DNA from: a virus
Lineage: Duplodnaviria > Caudoviricetes
IMG/VR virus record: IMGVR_UViG_3300015050_001030
Span: 1-52,284 of that record
Length of the DNA stretch: 52,284 nt
Reading direction: 5' to 3' (one strand)
In this document: positions 36,601 through 46,562 of the stretch, in pieces
Layout of the letters: the number at the start of each line of letters is the position of its first letter
How positions within the stretch are numbered: the stretch's first letter is position 1
Translations under genes and position numbers: made by a program
Notes under the pieces: generated by a model
Databases searched by the model: none
The model's input: the letters and a program-made list of their open reading frames with translations, nothing else
Told to the model about the DNA's origin: nothing

Positions 36601-39072
36601 AAGCTCCCTATGAACGCTATCCCGTATCGTGAGGGTCTTCATATCGAATATCCTGATCTACATAAGCTTGTCCAACCACGGGTTAAGGTTCGTGGTGAAC
36701 GAGACGTTAAGACTTACCTTGGTGGTGACTTCAACATCGCAGCACTTCGTACACCGAAGGAAGCTAAGATGTGGGAAGAGCGTTACAACAAAGCCTTCGA
36801 ACTCACTCGTTACGTTCGGGACAACCCGGACGATAAGATGGCAAAGAAGGCGCTGGCGTCTTATGTGTCAAAGAATATGCCTTATTCTTATAAGAGCTGG
36901 TATTCAAAGGCTCTGGGGAAGAACAAGGTCTTTGACATTGATGCACCTCTCGGTACTGTTCGATCTGGAAACACCTTTGACAGTACGTACAATATTGAGT
37001 CCCTGAAGAATCCCGATGGATCTCAGAGGTACAAAAATGTTCTGCGGGCATCGGATGATCCTCATGAACCGTTAAACCAAAGTGTCAACTTCAAGTACGC
37101 TATGGAGCGTGGTGAACCCCTTAGTGATATTCAATCCACAGGCAGTGCAGCGAATCCAGTATACAAATTCGTCCCCACAGACACAGTAAACCCACTTGAC
37201 TCGTTGAGCCGAATCACACAAGCTACAATGCGTGACAAGACCAGTGTAGTAGACAGCAAGCTGATCCTCGGTGAATGGTTTACCAGCGAGTTCGCTGAGC
37301 TTCTCGATGATGGCGTCAGTCGTCAGCTCAGAATGAATCCGTTTGAACAAGTTGCTAATCCTCAGTGGAAGGCTGGAGCTAATAAGAATCCTAAGTATCA
37401 ATCAGCGTTGAAGTTCAGTAAGGTTGCCCAGGAAGTCCTTGGCATGAAGACTGATCAACAACGTAGCTTCGATGTCTTAAGACAGAAGATTGGTGACAGC
37501 TTAGCTGACAAATACGGGTACGATACGTACAAGACCTTTGATGATTGGGCAGATTTTGCAAGCCGTAACGATCCGTTAACGGCGTCGAAGAAGCTTGCCT
37601 GGCACTCTAAGCTTGGTCTGTTCAACCCCATCCAGTTCTTTAAGCAGTCTCAGACCATGGTCCACATGACCGGCATTGTTGGTCCGACCGCTGCTAAGGA
37701 TGCTCTTGGTGTAGGGTATTACTTGCGTGCTGCCGTTCGTGCCCCTAACGAGGCCGTTCTCGACCATCTTGCAGAAAAGGCGAGTGGATGGGGTCTCACC
37801 AAAGCCCAGTTCAGAGAGGTAGTCACGTCGTACGGGGACAACTTCGCTTACCATAAAGTTGGTAGAGAAGTGAGCCTTGCTGAGGGCTTCGAAGACACCA
37901 ACCTCGTCAACAGTCGCCTCGGTAAGTTTCTTGATGCTGGCAGTGTTTTCTACAATGCTGGTGAGGAGCTTGTTCGCCAGACGGCCTTTGCTGCGGCATA
38001 CAAGGAATGGCGGACGGCCAATGCGACTGCTGCATTTGATAACGTCGCTCAGCAAAAGGTAATCAACAGGGCGGTCCTTATGGGCGTCGACATGACGACG
38101 GCGAGCAACGCTAGTTGGCAGCGTGGAGTTCTTGGTGTGCCAACCCAGTTCTTCGCCTACCAGACGCGTCTCATGGAGCAGCTCCTTGGAAAGAGGCTTA
38201 CCCCCGCTGAGAAGTTCCGGGTAATTGGAACCTACAGTGCTGTATACGGCGTCCCCGTAGGGGCTAGTGCCGCTGTCGGTATTTGGCCTTGGCATGAAAG
38301 TCTCCGTCAAGAGATGTTGGACAGGGGAATGAACTCAGATAACGTAGTTATAAGCGCCGTCCAGAACGGTGTAATGCAAGCGATGACTGGTGTCATATTT
38401 GGTGAAGAATACACGACCGCTCAGGACTACGGTCCATCCGGACTCAGTTTCCTTAAGGACTTCCTTGCTGGAGATAAGAGTACTCTTGAGATGCTTAGCG
38501 GTGTTTCCGGTTCCAGCACCTTCGGTTACATACAAGCACTGTCTCCACTTGCCAGTGTCCTTATCCAGACAGCTTCCGGCGATGAGGATGGAGTGCCAGT
38601 CACCGTCTCCGACGTACATGATGTACTCAACAACATAAGTACCGTTAACAACGCTACCAAGATGTATCTTGCCATGACGGCTCATAAGTTCTTTGATAAG
38701 CAAGGGCGTCCTGTGGCCGACGCTGATGCTTGGGATGGTATGATGGTCGGAGTCTTTGGTCTCCAACCTAGGTCCGTTCAGGAGTGGTACGATATGCAAA
38801 GGGTGTCCCTCGGTGATAAAGCTGAGATGGATAAGGTGCGTCAGTACGTGACCAAGCAATACCAGCTTGCTGCACGAGCTGAAGCATACAAAGATAAGAT
38901 GAAGTTCTACCAGCGTGCTCAGATCGCCATGAAGGTCGTACCAGTACAAGACCGTATGGCACTGCTACGCAGCGCACACAAAGGGTACGAAGACCGTATC
39001 TTGAAAGACGAAGCGAGGTTTGCAAGTAAGAGTGCAGCCCGTATGGAAGCCCTACAGAGGAAACAACAATAA
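33628..39072 (+). CDS. Large internal virion / ejection protein (1814 aa)
   Basis: Size, helical composition and position. Contains an apparent inserted SH3-like plus ART-like segment. Confidence 0.8.
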   Translation: MAELFDEPELTNLTDEDEDVYSDVDTPSPQQAAGYTAKAIIGFGSKPVDPEAIYRGYVQAQEGYAQREKVASEFDLETSQRKQEMVNQYVSSKAASGEPVNQGDIAYIQELSKQEVSNPDAIYEKMYGARVVNLSQVLPSNSKIEEAIEETGDAAADEMNAAARHTATREAIGKYADQINNRVSKIKGLDKWTNIGEQLLPFLSSYRQTNLIGTHDWSLLGSNKEEQYKQLYLLGPDKAISEIKRIGEELYQQNPYDAQAFIDGALNYGASDKAIDQALSIGDIASVGDVAAIATVVGRSAIRPSLKATVKALAKPNVKPSEVKAAVGDLPGAAADEIMAKSINPATSGKVDAQSLNDLYMQTPMYQNPEAVTTGGSSTLSAAQMQALKQNIEAQQAALIKGTIVDGVNIERLNDPALQAVAVEDNRRVFNKQFYHASESVIDMEFVPGGQSVANIDYVKYRVGTKPSQEVRTAGSRSATVSSPRLGKNGQKRLLESANDDGFKIEGELSPGQTVYLKDDGQYVPHKYLGQEGDEALLDVGLPEPVRVPVQSLEAPLPKMEAQASLKTTGRQLKPTKVTNDAKPVKDGYVRFYHGADPGGEPIGSTPRWVTPDEKYAKDFGKGNKEVWYTDVKKGSKEEKALRAWDETDEVGKTNAVGRYKAGEIQAVFGRLKGKPSNQILRGVNDNYSVKVGSTGKELFDTEDAAVRAAKEDYGFADYTVKQQGNGYYIEILKAVDETTNPLRGQWAITTKNTTPDSITGFVGKFFRSANYTMPSEVMAVLNNSVIQANARIKMLGAIADTMPKLSKNAMKEMNDFLKWERTQTNPVTKETGMFSRSVADLEQNWAKLNGGKFPTEAQINMYFSARNFSDAEYMARNLAWARDLNRLGLENHSFQIKVNSGVVDSGQIQGKFLTDWPERDLLRDAGVYVVDEDKHFWSRFADKAEIDRLKKEYQLINITKYGEDNLRAIPGIEIPNKKISYILVKDVKSNKLPMNAIPYREGLHIEYPDLHKLVQPRVKVRGERDVKTYLGGDFNIAALRTPKEAKMWEERYNKAFELTRYVRDNPDDKMAKKALASYVSKNMPYSYKSWYSKALGKNKVFDIDAPLGTVRSGNTFDSTYNIESLKNPDGSQRYKNVLRASDDPHEPLNQSVNFKYAMERGEPLSDIQSTGSAANPVYKFVPTDTVNPLDSLSRITQATMRDKTSVVDSKLILGEWFTSEFAELLDDGVSRQLRMNPFEQVANPQWKAGANKNPKYQSALKFSKVAQEVLGMKTDQQRSFDVLRQKIGDSLADKYGYDTYKTFDDWADFASRNDPLTASKKLAWHSKLGLFNPIQFFKQSQTMVHMTGIVGPTAAKDALGVGYYLRAAVRAPNEAVLDHLAEKASGWGLTKAQFREVVTSYGDNFAYHKVGREVSLAEGFEDTNLVNSRLGKFLDAGSVFYNAGEELVRQTAFAAAYKEWRTANATAAFDNVAQQKVINRAVLMGVDMTTASNASWQRGVLGVPTQFFAYQTRLMEQLLGKRLTPAEKFRVIGTYSAVYGVPVGASAAVGIWPWHESLRQEMLDRGMNSDNVVISAVQNGVMQAMTGVIFGEEYTTAQDYGPSGLSFLKDFLAGDKSTLEMLSGVSGSSTFGYIQALSPLASVLIQTASGDEDGVPVTVSDVHDVLNNISTVNNATKMYLAMTAHKFFDKQGRPVADADAWDGMMVGVFGLQPRSVQEWYDMQRVSLGDKAEMDKVRQYVTKQYQLAARAEAYKDKMKFYQRAQIAMKVVPVQDRMALLRSAHKGYEDRILKDEARFASKSAARMEALQRKQQ

Positions 39073-42000
39073 TGGCCGAACGTAAAGAAGCAGGTGTAGG
39101 TGTAGGCTCCCAGGCTTTCCAACCAGGACAGTCAGAAGCTATGGCTGACTGGACCAACGCAAGTAAAGGTCAGACTCCTGACCAGTCTCTTGCTATTGGT
39201 ATCGAAGCAGCAGGCACAGCCTTCAAGCAAGGTATCACAGCTAAGTACAACTACATCACAGATACCATTAGCCAGAAGGCTACGGAAGCTGTGGATGCTG
39301 TACAGAACATGCACCTTGGTTACGAAGACGACATCGCCCGTAGAGCCGGAAACACTCAAGAACTCACAGATGCATACCGGGCTGGAGCAATTAGCCCTAG
39401 TTACTATTGGATGCACATGGACCAGGCTTCAAGGGCTCTACGGGCACAGTATCCTAACTTCAGGGATAACATCGACCAGGAGTTCAGTAAACGTACTGGT
39501 GGTACCCCTGCTAACAAGATCATTCAAGAACTACAAGCTAATGCCAGTGCACGTACACAGTCAGAAGAACAGAAGTTCCAGAAGACTGTAGAACGCTGGG
39601 GTACCAGTGGACTACTACCTCCAGATTTCGACCTTCGTGCTGCACGTGGACAGTCTTACTCTCGTGAAGAGCTTACAGCTTACGTCTTCAACAAGCAGAG
39701 CAACGAGATGCAGCTCAAGGCTGCTAAGGCTGACCTTGAAACTCGTAAGGCTAACCGTGAAGAGTACGGTGCCAAAAGTTATCAAGTCGCTCAAGGTGAA
39801 GCCAACGGCTTCATCAACGATACGTTCAACAGCGTAACAAGCATTGCTGGTAAGGACTACCGACAGGCTATGGCTACGCTACGTCCGTATCAAGCCAGCG
39901 GTACTACGCCTCCGCCTAAGGAGTTCCAAGAGATCATGGGCCAGCTCCTGCCGTTGCAGGACAAGGCTAAGATCGAACTCCAGAACCGTATTAACGGTTA
40001 CCCTGGCTTAAGTAGAGAAGACAAGAAAGCTTTGCTGGAAGACGGCAACGCTCGTATCGACACGTACTTTAATCCTATTCGTGACAAGCAGTTCGGTATC
40101 ACTGGATACCAAGCCGCTACTAACGAATACGCTAAGAACAGTCGTGACGGACAATTGCTGTCCGATCCTGCTATCGCTACCCTTACCAGCTTCAAGACTC
40201 TTGTCGGTCCTGACGTTACCAACGCTTGGCTTAACCAGAACCCTGAAGCATTCGGTGCAAGTCAAACTGCACTGAACCGTCACTGGGGTATGGCTATTGG
40301 TACAGGTCAAGTAAGTGTCACAGGTGCTCTTGCTGAGCTAGACAAAGTTAATGCTGACAGTGCTACTAAGCGTGCCACCATCAACGGTGCCATTAACATG
40401 ATGTCTATGGAAGAAATGCCACAGCAGGTTAAGGCTAACGTTGCTATGGGATTGTTCGGTAAAGACAACCAAGAACTACTCAACACTGTCAACCCTAAAG
40501 ACCGTGCTTCTTTGTACGCTACCCTTACCAACGACAAGGTAGCTACTGAGATGAAGAAGCAAAAGGCCATGGGTAACGACAAGGTGTTTAACGAATACGT
40601 TGACTGGGTAGAGCAGTCATTCCTTGCTCTTAACCAGCAGCACGCTAACACCATGAACCAAGCACGTAGTCGTAAAGACTTTGACGTAGAGTACAGCCCT
40701 ATCCTTAAGCAGTTCGTTCAGAAGACTGTACCCGGTGGCCCCAGCCTTGGGGACGGGATGAACGGTGCTCAAAGAGTGGTCAGTAACCTTCTTGAAAAGA
40801 AGAGTAAGTCTGACGCTAAGGCTGCTATGTCTGACGTTAACACTGCACTCGCTGGCTTGTCCTCAGCTTACAAGGCTATGGGTATGTCAGACGAAGAGAT
40901 CAACAAATCATTTGCAGAGATCTACGAAGCTTTCGGAAGCCCCGCTTCCGGGGAAAGGGGTGAGCCAGCTCAGAATACTTTGTTCAACTACTTGTCGGCT
41001 GCCGTCCGTGGTACGATCCCAGATGACAAACCCAAGGGAAAGAGTACAAAGAATGGTTCTGAACAACAGATCAGTGATAGCCAAATACAGCCGACTCCAT
41101 TATCGCCGCTCGCGACGCAGGCTGAAGAAGTTGGCATCGTCGGGCTTAACCCAGACGACAGCCTTGCTGCTACTGACATCACTCCTGCTGCTCCCCTTAA
41201 CGACGTACAACCCACGGATCGAACTCTCGTCACTCAATACCGTGGAGACGTTATCACTGACCAAGCCATCGTTAACGGTCTTAACGGAGGTACCGCTCAG
41301 CGGACTGTCCCTTTCCAAGGCGAACCCGGTGACGTGGGAGCCGAAGAAGTGGACCAAAGCCAAGGAGTTCCTTTAACCAGTCAAACGACACGGGGTCAAT
41401 CAGCTGCTATAAGATCGAACAACCCTGGTGCTCAGTGGCCTGGTCCGATCTCTTCTAGGTTTGGTTCAACCAGATCTGAAACACTCCGTGACGGTAACAA
41501 GATCGCTATCTTTGACAACCCAGTTGACGGAGCAGCAGCTCAGTTTGCCTTGTTGTCGGAAAGCGACCACTACAAAAACAAAACCCTCCGCCAAGCAATT
41601 AGTACTTGGAGCGGAGGGAACAATGTGAACGGTTACGTTAAGCTTATCGAAAGTCGTACAGGTGTCGGACCAAACACTAAGCTAACACCAGAACTTATGG
41701 CTGATCCTAGGTTTGCTATCCCTCTTGCCAAAGCTATGGCTAGACAAGAAGGTGGTAAAGAGTATCCGTTAACTGACGCTCAATGGGCAGAAGCCCATTA
41801 CAAAGCTCACCCACTTCAGGTAGCTGAGAGTCGAGTTAATAGTAACGCTGACACAAGGGTACGTGGTACCGCTGCTGGTGTCATCCCTAGGTTCAACGCT
41901 CTTAAGTTAGATGACCTTTCAAGTATCAACGAAGCTGTCATCAGCACAGAGAACCTTAAGAACGCTGACGAACGTGATGCTTACAACAGAGAAATGAAAG

Positions 42001-42281
42001 GTGAGTACTTCGGTATTTATAACATGAGGAGGCAAGCTCTTGCTTACCACGTCATGAACCTACCGAACGTAGAACCAGAAGTACGTGCTGAAGCTAAACA
42101 GTTGTTTGAGTCTCTCATTAGTATCCTTAACAAGGACATTAAGAAGTACGAAAAAAACAGAACCCCTGGTGACCCGTACTACGAATCAGGCAGGAATTCT
42201 GTTGGAAACGACATAAGAGAACAGCTACAAGGAGAAGACTCCATAGCAGCTCTTAGGAAGATACTAAACAACAAACGATAA
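39072..42281 (+). CDS. Internal virion protein with lysozyme-like peptidoglycan hydrolase domain
   Basis: AIRSNNPGA…IAIFDNPVDGAAA…TLRQAISTWS…YV…MARQEG near the C-terminus. Confidence 0.75.
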   Translation: MAERKEAGVGVGSQAFQPGQSEAMADWTNASKGQTPDQSLAIGIEAAGTAFKQGITAKYNYITDTISQKATEAVDAVQNMHLGYEDDIARRAGNTQELTDAYRAGAISPSYYWMHMDQASRALRAQYPNFRDNIDQEFSKRTGGTPANKIIQELQANASARTQSEEQKFQKTVERWGTSGLLPPDFDLRAARGQSYSREELTAYVFNKQSNEMQLKAAKADLETRKANREEYGAKSYQVAQGEANGFINDTFNSVTSIAGKDYRQAMATLRPYQASGTTPPPKEFQEIMGQLLPLQDKAKIELQNRINGYPGLSREDKKALLEDGNARIDTYFNPIRDKQFGITGYQAATNEYAKNSRDGQLLSDPAIATLTSFKTLVGPDVTNAWLNQNPEAFGASQTALNRHWGMAIGTGQVSVTGALAELDKVNADSATKRATINGAINMMSMEEMPQQVKANVAMGLFGKDNQELLNTVNPKDRASLYATLTNDKVATEMKKQKAMGNDKVFNEYVDWVEQSFLALNQQHANTMNQARSRKDFDVEYSPILKQFVQKTVPGGPSLGDGMNGAQRVVSNLLEKKSKSDAKAAMSDVNTALAGLSSAYKAMGMSDEEINKSFAEIYEAFGSPASGERGEPAQNTLFNYLSAAVRGTIPDDKPKGKSTKNGSEQQISDSQIQPTPLSPLATQAEEVGIVGLNPDDSLAATDITPAAPLNDVQPTDRTLVTQYRGDVITDQAIVNGLNGGTAQRTVPFQGEPGDVGAEEVDQSQGVPLTSQTTRGQSAAIRSNNPGAQWPGPISSRFGSTRSETLRDGNKIAIFDNPVDGAAAQFALLSESDHYKNKTLRQAISTWSGGNNVNGYVKLIESRTGVGPNTKLTPELMADPRFAIPLAKAMARQEGGKEYPLTDAQWAEAHYKAHPLQVAESRVNSNADTRVRGTAAGVIPRFNALKLDDLSSINEAVISTENLKNADERDAYNREMKGEYFGIYNMRRQALAYHVMNLPNVEPEVRAEAKQLFESLISILNKDIKKYEKNRTPGDPYYESGRNSVGNDIREQLQGEDSIAALRKILNNKR

Positions 42282-42284
42282 ACG

Positions 42285-42320
42285 AAAGGCCCCAGAGGAG
42301 AAATCCCTTGGGGCCTTTTT
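42285..42320. terminator. Terminator between the convergent arms (likely bidirectional)
   Basis: AAAGGCCCC…GGGGCCTTTTT between two facing stop codons. Confidence 0.85.
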
Positions 42321-42321
42321 C

Positions 42322-42699
42322 TTATGCAGCCTTAGCTGCCTCGTATTCTTTACAAAGATCTACGAACTTACTTGCTATCTTAGGTCTATCGTCGACCATA
42401 GAGCCGTTGGCCATAGCGTCCAACAGTATGGAACAACATGCTTTGACGTGACCAAGGTGATGTGCTTGGGAGTCAGGAGCACGTTCTTCTTTACTGTCAT
42501 ACCATGCAAACAAATGTCGGAGGATGGCATCATAGTATACCGATGCTGCGACATCTGTCTCACGCCAGTTCATCAACGTGTACTTACCCTTACCATCCAA
42601 CATAGCTGCGCCTTCTTCAATAAGACCAACAGTAGGGATAGCGTGGAAGGTAGGTTTAAAACGAGCAGCCCCGCTCTTAGGGTTATTGTCCGGGTACAA
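42322..42699 (-). CDS. dATP/dGTP diphosphohydrolase-like (DUF5664) protein
   Basis: Pattern NPK…G-x-x-KY-x-x-x-NWR…YYDA-x-x-RHL-x-AW…DS-x-x-HHL-x-H-x-x-A. Confidence 0.8.
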   Translation of the reverse strand: MYPDNNPKSGAARFKPTFHAIPTVGLIEEGAAMLDGKGKYTLMNWRETDVAASVYYDAILRHLFAWYDSKEERAPDSQAHHLGHVKACCSILLDAMANGSMVDDRPKIASKFVDLCKEYEAAKAA

Positions 42700-43015
42700 T
42701 ATTGTTGTCTCCTTTCGGAATGGGTTTGTCTCCCCATCGTTTAGTTAACTTCTCAGTGTTGTACTTCATAAGTCCATCAAGGTCAGTACCAACAGAAAGA
42801 GCAGCGGCAGTAAGAGACCACAGTACGTCACCAAGTTCATCGGTATATCGGGCAACATCTAGTTTGGTTCCTCTGCGTACTGCTTTAACTGCAACTCCAC
42901 TAACTTCACCTGACTCAGCTGCCAACTCAGCAGCAGCCCAGATAGGGCGATACTCGTCATTAACGTTAGGGCTCCAAGTGCTACGAACAAACTCTTCATA
43001 CTTTTTAAGATCCAC
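42683..43015 (-). CDS. MazG-like nucleotide pyrophosphohydrolase
   Basis: Motifs LAAESGEV…K…DELGDVLW…N-x-x-KL-x-x-R. Confidence 0.88.
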   Translation of the reverse strand: MDLKKYEEFVRSTWSPNVNDEYRPIWAAAELAAESGEVSGVAVKAVRRGTKLDVARYTDELGDVLWSLTAAALSVGTDLDGLMKYNTEKLTKRWGDKPIPKGDNNIVPGQ

Positions 43016-44666
43016 AGATCCCTCCCTTACCACCAATTACACAGATGTCGTTAAACTCTTCTTCAAATTCCTTACCTACCTTGTCGACGACATCATCGTA
43101 TGGTAGACTTGTGATAGGTTGTCCACCCCGACTACCATCAGGATAACAAGTAAAACCACGTAGCCTAGAAGCGTACTTAGCCAGAACGGCTGCGAAGGTT
43201 TTTGCATCGAAGTCCTGCTCTTCCTTAGGAGGTAGGTTAATGGTTGAACTGATACTCATGTCTACGTAGTCTTGGATGTCTGCTTGGAACTTGATCCGTC
43301 GTTCGTAATCGGTGGCCAAGTCGACAGCCGATTCAATACGCTCAGGTTTAATTCCAAGATCAATAAGCCGTTGGGCGGTTGAGTCAACAGCATATTGATA
43401 CTTCCATCGAGTTCCATTAGTGAGGTATCTCCGCTTGTAGGCGACGGCGTAAACTGGTTCAATTCCAGTAGTCGTTCCAGCAAGCATTCCGATGGTACCT
43501 GTAGGAGCAATAGCCCTATTCGCAACCGGTACAGATACTCCCAGTCTATTAGCGAAGTCCCGGCTGGTAGAATTAGACTGTCCTTTGTAGACGTCCAACC
43601 ATTGATGAAGTTCTGGAGTGACTTCATACTTCATCCCTTTCTTGAGTAACCACTCATGGATACCCATGAGACCAAGGCCTAGTCGTCTATTCTTTTCTCT
43701 GACCTTACTAACCTTATCGTAGGGTAGATCAGCCCGAAGAGTCCCACAAAGAAGGAACTTAGTAGCAAGGTCCACAAGGCTTTGGAACTCGGCAATGTTA
43801 TCAACGCGGCTGAGGTTGATGCTACCAAGATTACAGACATCACTATCATCGCTACTAGTAACTTCTGTACAAGCATTTCGTAATGTCTCATTTTCTTTGT
43901 CGAAGAAGTTGAAGGAGAAGCCTGGTTCTCCAGTGGACAGAGCTTGTTCAACGTTACGCAGGAACACTTCACCAACGTTCCCTGTTCGGTAATAATCAAG
44001 CAACCATTCTGTGTCATAGTTCACCGATATGTTTGTCATGTCTAATGGTGCGTTGTAGTTGAAGTCAGCCTCTTTAAGCTGAGCCACAGTCTTGTCAGTA
44101 CCAGCTACGTTGATCTTGTGCCAGTCCTTGACTCCAAGAAACCAATCAATATCTCCATGCTGCCAGTTAAGCGAAGCATAGATGGCGGACCTTCGACTAC
44201 CCCCTTGCATGACATTCCGTCCGATTTCATTAACCATGAACATCTTAGGAATTGGACCTGAGGCTCGTCCACCAGTTCTCTTAATAGTTTGCTTGCTGTC
44301 TCGGTAGACTGAGTAGTCAACTCCAATCCCCCCACCAGTAAGGAGACAGGATTCAGCTCTCCAAGAGACGTTAGCCCAGTCTTCTCTAGTATCTTCTTCG
44401 GCCCTAAGAAGGTAACAGTTATTATAGAACTTATTCGGTCGACCAGCATAGTACAGATACCTTCCACCAGGGATGAACTTCATCTCAGCGATTGCCTCGA
44501 CAAGAGCGACCATATCGTCCTTGTCCAAGTAACCACCACAGACATCGTTGACTAGGGTAAGAGCAAGATCCTCCCAGGTTTCAGCCCCTTGGTGCATATA
44601 CTTGTTCTTGTATATGGTGTACGCCAATTGGCTACGAAATACTTCCGGGAAATCCTTACTCGCCAT
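43005..44666 (-). CDS. nrdJ: Ribonucleotide reductase, class II (B12-dependent) type
   Basis: Motifs PGGR, NNC, RNACTE, CNLGS, LGLG-x-MG and APTGT, with a C-terminal Cys pair. No beta subunit gene in the genome. Confidence 0.82.
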   Translation of the reverse strand: MASKDFPEVFRSQLAYTIYKNKYMHQGAETWEDLALTLVNDVCGGYLDKDDMVALVEAIAEMKFIPGGRYLYYAGRPNKFYNNCYLLRAEEDTREDWANVSWRAESCLLTGGGIGVDYSVYRDSKQTIKRTGGRASGPIPKMFMVNEIGRNVMQGGSRRSAIYASLNWQHGDIDWFLGVKDWHKINVAGTDKTVAQLKEADFNYNAPLDMTNISVNYDTEWLLDYYRTGNVGEVFLRNVEQALSTGEPGFSFNFFDKENETLRNACTEVTSSDDSDVCNLGSINLSRVDNIAEFQSLVDLATKFLLCGTLRADLPYDKVSKVREKNRRLGLGLMGIHEWLLKKGMKYEVTPELHQWLDVYKGQSNSTSRDFANRLGVSVPVANRAIAPTGTIGMLAGTTTGIEPVYAVAYKRRYLTNGTRWKYQYAVDSTAQRLIDLGIKPERIESAVDLATDYERRIKFQADIQDYVDMSISSTINLPPKEEQDFDAKTFAAVLAKYASRLRGFTCYPDGSRGGQPITSLPYDDVVDKVGKEFEEEFNDICVIGGKGGICGS

Positions 44667-44868
44667 CCGTGTCGTTCTCCTTCATACGCTTGTCTGCTTC
44701 TTCAACACCGTGTAGGACAGCATCCCGTACCCACTGCTCTTCAAGTTCCTCTAGTCGTTGACGTCGTTTATCTGACATAGGTCCGCCCCTCTTGTGTTCG
44801 TGCATGTGCTTGGCTACGTAATTCCTTGCCCTGCGCTGCGCTCGTTTCTTATTCTTCTGTAAGTCCAT
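44656..44868 (-). CDS. Small basic hypothetical protein
   Basis: Motif RNYVAK; overlaps both neighbours. Confidence 0.7.
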   Translation of the reverse strand: MDLQKNKKRAQRRARNYVAKHMHEHKRGGPMSDKRRQRLEELEEQWVRDAVLHGVEEADKRMKENDTDGE

Positions 44869-45013
44869 CGTCCATCTCCAGAAAAGGTGGAAGCTTAACT
44901 AGCCCGGCCTCTAACAGGTGTTCGATTACTTCTTGTGCAGTGATGTCTAGTACGTCGAACAGGTCATCGAGGTCGTACAAGTCTAACAGCTCCTTTGCCT
45001 TTTCTTCAAACAT
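44849..45013 (-). CDS. Small acidic protein (54 aa, MFEEKAKELLDLYDLDDLF…); not in the ORF track
   Basis: Manual translation; fills the gap in the operon, with an AAGG RBS. Confidence 0.75.
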   Translation of the reverse strand: MFEEKAKELLDLYDLDDLFDVLDITAQEVIEHLLEAGLVKLPPFLEMDDGLTEE

Positions 45014-45292
45014 TTACCTTACTTCCTGGTACGTCGTGCATTCCTGTCGTGTAGTAGGTATCCAAACCTTTCCACTCCATACGCCACTATTGACGGTACG
45101 GTGTTCGATGCAATGCCAACTCTTAGTGTTAAGTTTGTAGTACTCCTGTGGTCCCTTTGCCCATGATAGTAACATACCAATAGGAATTATAAGGACAGCA
45201 AGAGACAGTAGAAGTACAAACATCATTGGTATGATCGATGTCCACATATCGACAAAGAAATCCCACATATCTTCTAGCATTATTTGAACCAA
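45014..45292 (-). CDS. Membrane protein
   Basis: One long TM helix and a C-terminal Cys pair. Confidence 0.7.
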   Translation of the reverse strand: MVQIMLEDMWDFFVDMWTSIIPMMFVLLLSLAVLIIPIGMLLSWAKGPQEYYKLNTKSWHCIEHRTVNSGVWSGKVWIPTTRQECTTYQEVR

Positions 45293-45672
45293 TCTTTCGG
45301 TATCGACCCAAAGGCGTACGGGAAGCCGTACTTGTCACACCACTGTGAACACAGCAGCTTGCTTCCACCTACCTTGTTGTCTACAGCGAAGACAAATCTA
45401 ATGTCAAGGAAAGGGTTGGTTACTTTAACAGCCCTCATCTTGACTTGATCTTCACTACGAAAGTATCCTTTAACTTCTACGTAAATCTTACCGTCCGGTT
45501 TGTGAATAACAAAGTCTGGATTGTAAGTCTTAGGTAGAAGGTACTGGAGCTTTTCGCCTTCGTACTTAACCTTGGGTCTTTGTTTCTTTGGAACCTGGGA
45601 CCACACAGAGGTCTCTAAACCACTGCGAAATCCATCCGTGTTCTTCTTCCTTATCAGGTACTTTCTTTTCAA
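45280..45672 (-). CDS. T7 endonuclease I-like Holliday junction resolvase
   Basis: Motifs FRSGLE, Y-x-PDF, YVEVKG, DIRFVF and W-x-x-KYGF. Confidence 0.9.
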   Translation of the reverse strand: MKRKYLIRKKNTDGFRSGLETSVWSQVPKKQRPKVKYEGEKLQYLLPKTYNPDFVIHKPDGKIYVEVKGYFRSEDQVKMRAVKVTNPFLDIRFVFAVDNKVGGSKLLCSQWCDKYGFPYAFGSIPKDWFK

Positions 45673-46562
45673 AATCTATCTCTATTTGGTTGTCGAACAA
45701 GTCCTTTTGGTCCATCGATAAGCTCATCCACTCTAGGTTCTGAGACAACCTTGGTCAGGTACTCGACACCGTTGCTGTATAGAAACTTCCTCGTTTCAGG
45801 ATAGCACTTGGCCTTATGTTTACAGTACTTACATTTCGTTGCTAGCTTGAGATTACCAGAGTGCCCAGCAGGTACAGGGCTGAAGCCCCTAGGAGGAGGG
45901 TCAGGCTGTCCAACCACGTCCAACTTATGCTGTACCAAGGCGTCGTAATCGGTGCTCTTGGGCTTCCTGTAGCGATCCAGTACGATTGCTCCAAGCTCTT
46001 TGTCCACTGCAACGAAGGCGAACTCTCCTTTGACTTTAACCTTATCATCGTTTACACTTCCATGGAGATAGAGACCGGCTTGGGTAAGGTACCCAAAGGG
46101 ATCGTCGGCCTCAAGATTATGGGTTTTGAATTTAACAAATCCTCGGGAGTTGGCACTCTTGACGTCGACCAGTACACCGTCGATAACAGCATCCCGGTGA
46201 CCAACAACGCCGTTAACAGTAATAGAATCCTGCTGCCCTTGGACATCATGACCAGCTTCCTCTGCTAAGAACAACGTTAGTTCTTCTAAGATGTCCCCGT
46301 AAAGGAACTTGAAACGTGCTTGTGGTTCAAGAGGCTCAGCCTCAGACGGTGGCGAGTTGACGTCGTACCAGGATTTCCTGTCACATTGCTCACCAATCTG
46401 GCTAAGGCTTAACCCAGGGAGACGTTCCCCTGAACTGAGCCTCTTGACCATCATGTCACTGAGACGTTGGCTGAACGCACGTACTTTATCTTCCGAGAAC
46501 TTATGGTCGCCCGTAAGTATCCCGTAGATGTCATCAACCAACGTCGCAATGGACTTTACCAA
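45669..46562 (-). CDS. Cas4-like PD-(D/E)XK exonuclease
   Basis: S-x-IG-x-x-C-x-RK-x-WY, GHRD, DVKS, Q-x-x-x-Y and C-terminal C-x-x-C-x5-C (four Cys, possible Fe-S). Confidence 0.85.
   Translation of the reverse strand: MVKSIATLVDDIYGILTGDHKFSEDKVRAFSQRLSDMMVKRLSSGERLPGLSLSQIGEQCDRKSWYDVNSPPSEAEPLEPQARFKFLYGDILEELTLFLAEEAGHDVQGQQDSITVNGVVGHRDAVIDGVLVDVKSANSRGFVKFKTHNLEADDPFGYLTQAGLYLHGSVNDDKVKVKGEFAFVAVDKELGAIVLDRYRKPKSTDYDALVQHKLDVVGQPDPPPRGFSPVPAGHSGNLKLATKCKYCKHKAKCYPETRKFLYSNGVEYLTKVVSEPRVDELIDGPKGLVRQPNRDRF

Noticed and set aside
42322-43015. Z-genome (2-aminoadenine) pathway
   Set aside because: No PurZ or HD-domain DatZ was recognised anywhere in the genome.
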